Assembly: GCA_022813865.1 (NCBI GenBank)
Contig: JALDZX010000075.1
Span: forward strand, 62,001-82,308
Length of the DNA: 20,308 nucleotides
Source of the DNA: Xylographa opegraphella
Taxonomy: Eukaryota
Direction: 5' to 3'
The notes under the pieces were generated by a model. That model worked only from the letters and a program-made list of their open reading frames with translations, searched no databases and was not told the DNA's origin. Below are positions 19,380-20,308 of this stretch, in pieces. Every line of letters starts with the position of its first letter. The first letter of the stretch is position 1. The position numbers and the translations under genes were made by a program.

Positions 19380-20181
19380 GGCGACATTCCGGACTACACG
19401 ATGGTGGCGGGAGCGGCGCACACTCCTCCTCGCACAGTCATACCGGGATCGGCGAGATCCCCCATCCCCTCTGTCCTACGGGACCGGCTACGGGAGAAGG
19501 GCACAGGGCTGTGTCGGCAGGGGGGCAAAAGCGTGTTTTCTAACGACTTGCTTGACTGCATGGCGTGTCGGAAGGGTGGTGGGGCTGTATGTCTTGCTAA
19601 CGGGGGGTTGGAAAGTGGGGAGCGTGGTGGGGAGCGTGAAGGGGGGGTTTCCTTGGAAATTTAATTAGGAATGAGAGGGGAGGGGAGGGAGGTTAGGCGG
19701 GCGAGCAGGCAGGCGGGCGTTTTCTTATACATGGTTGTGGCATTTGGGGTCGTTACGGTATGAATGCTGTGTTTGGTGTGTTAAAGCCGAGACTGAGGAG
19801 TAGTTGATCTGTGTGAATATTTTAATCTATGAGAATACTCAAATCTATCTGTAGTTAGGCCATGCACAAAATAGCCAAAGTAATAAATACTCATACTTTA
19901 CGACGCCAGGATACAACTCCCCGTCTCGAGACACCTTCGCTTTGAGTACTGTGTAAAATGGCTACGACGTGGGGGGCGTAGATGGCTTGAAAGGTGGGGG
20001 GAGGGGGGAGAATGCCCTTTTAGATGGGGTGCAGATGGTCTCTTTGTATAGAAGTGAATGGTGGGAGATGGTAGTAGATGGTGTTGAGCTCGTATTAGAT
20101 TTAAACTCACGGGGTTGATTGTTGCTAATATTGCGAAAAAGGGCGAGCTCGTCGCTGATGGTCCTGCTTACAGTTGAATTG

Positions 20182-20240
20182 CTGGTCAGGGATATGGATG
20201 GTTAGCTTTAATCAGTAGTAAAGTGAGTGAGGGTACTTAC
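20182..20240 (-). other. Consensus spliceosomal intron (59 nt) of an unidentified minus-strand transcript entering from the right edge
   Basis: Minus strand reads GTAAGT (20240-35)...GCTAAC (20206-01)...CAG (20184-82). One splice frame gives YSKRRRLEARQHIKRY-NSTVSRTISDELALFRN..., which I do not recognise. Confidence 0.55.
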
Positions 20241-20308
20241 TATCTCTTGATGTGTTGTCGAGCTTCAAGACGCCTCCGCTTTGAGTACTAAGTGGCTAAG
20301 ACATGGCG

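Noticed and set aside
1..20308. Transposon or RIP-degraded repeat
   Set aside because: No transposase, RT or integrase motifs, terminal repeats, or long AT-rich TpA-enriched block seen.

Overview
Eukaryotic DNA from a filamentous ascomycete (Pezizomycotina-type short GT-AG introns with CTRAY branch points; taxon is inference). Five intact genes can be reconstructed by hand. (1) A DUF2235/Tle1-like alpha/beta-hydrolase on + (3 exons, ~545 aa). (2) A large secreted, probably GPI-anchored Ser/Thr/Pro-rich protein with a central Cys-containing domain on - (3 exons, ~893 aa). (3) An MFS monocarboxylate-porter (MCT; Mch4/Mch5-like) transporter on - (2 exons, ~502 aa). (4) A PIR-repeat cell-wall protein with nine DGQPQ repeats on - (219 aa). 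(5) A second, very divergent DUF2235 gene on + (7 exons, ~471 aa) with Glu at the presumed catalytic Asp. The two DUF2235 paralogues therefore bracket three cell-surface/membrane genes. The first ~3 kb has no convincing intact gene, and the right edge carries a fragment of a spliced minus-strand transcript beyond a 3-N gap. The strongest unexplained signal is three local C-rich to G-rich strand-skew flips (~7.4, ~13.65, ~19.03 kb). No rRNA, tRNA, CRISPR array or transposon was recognised. All exon structures were deduced manually and are untested.
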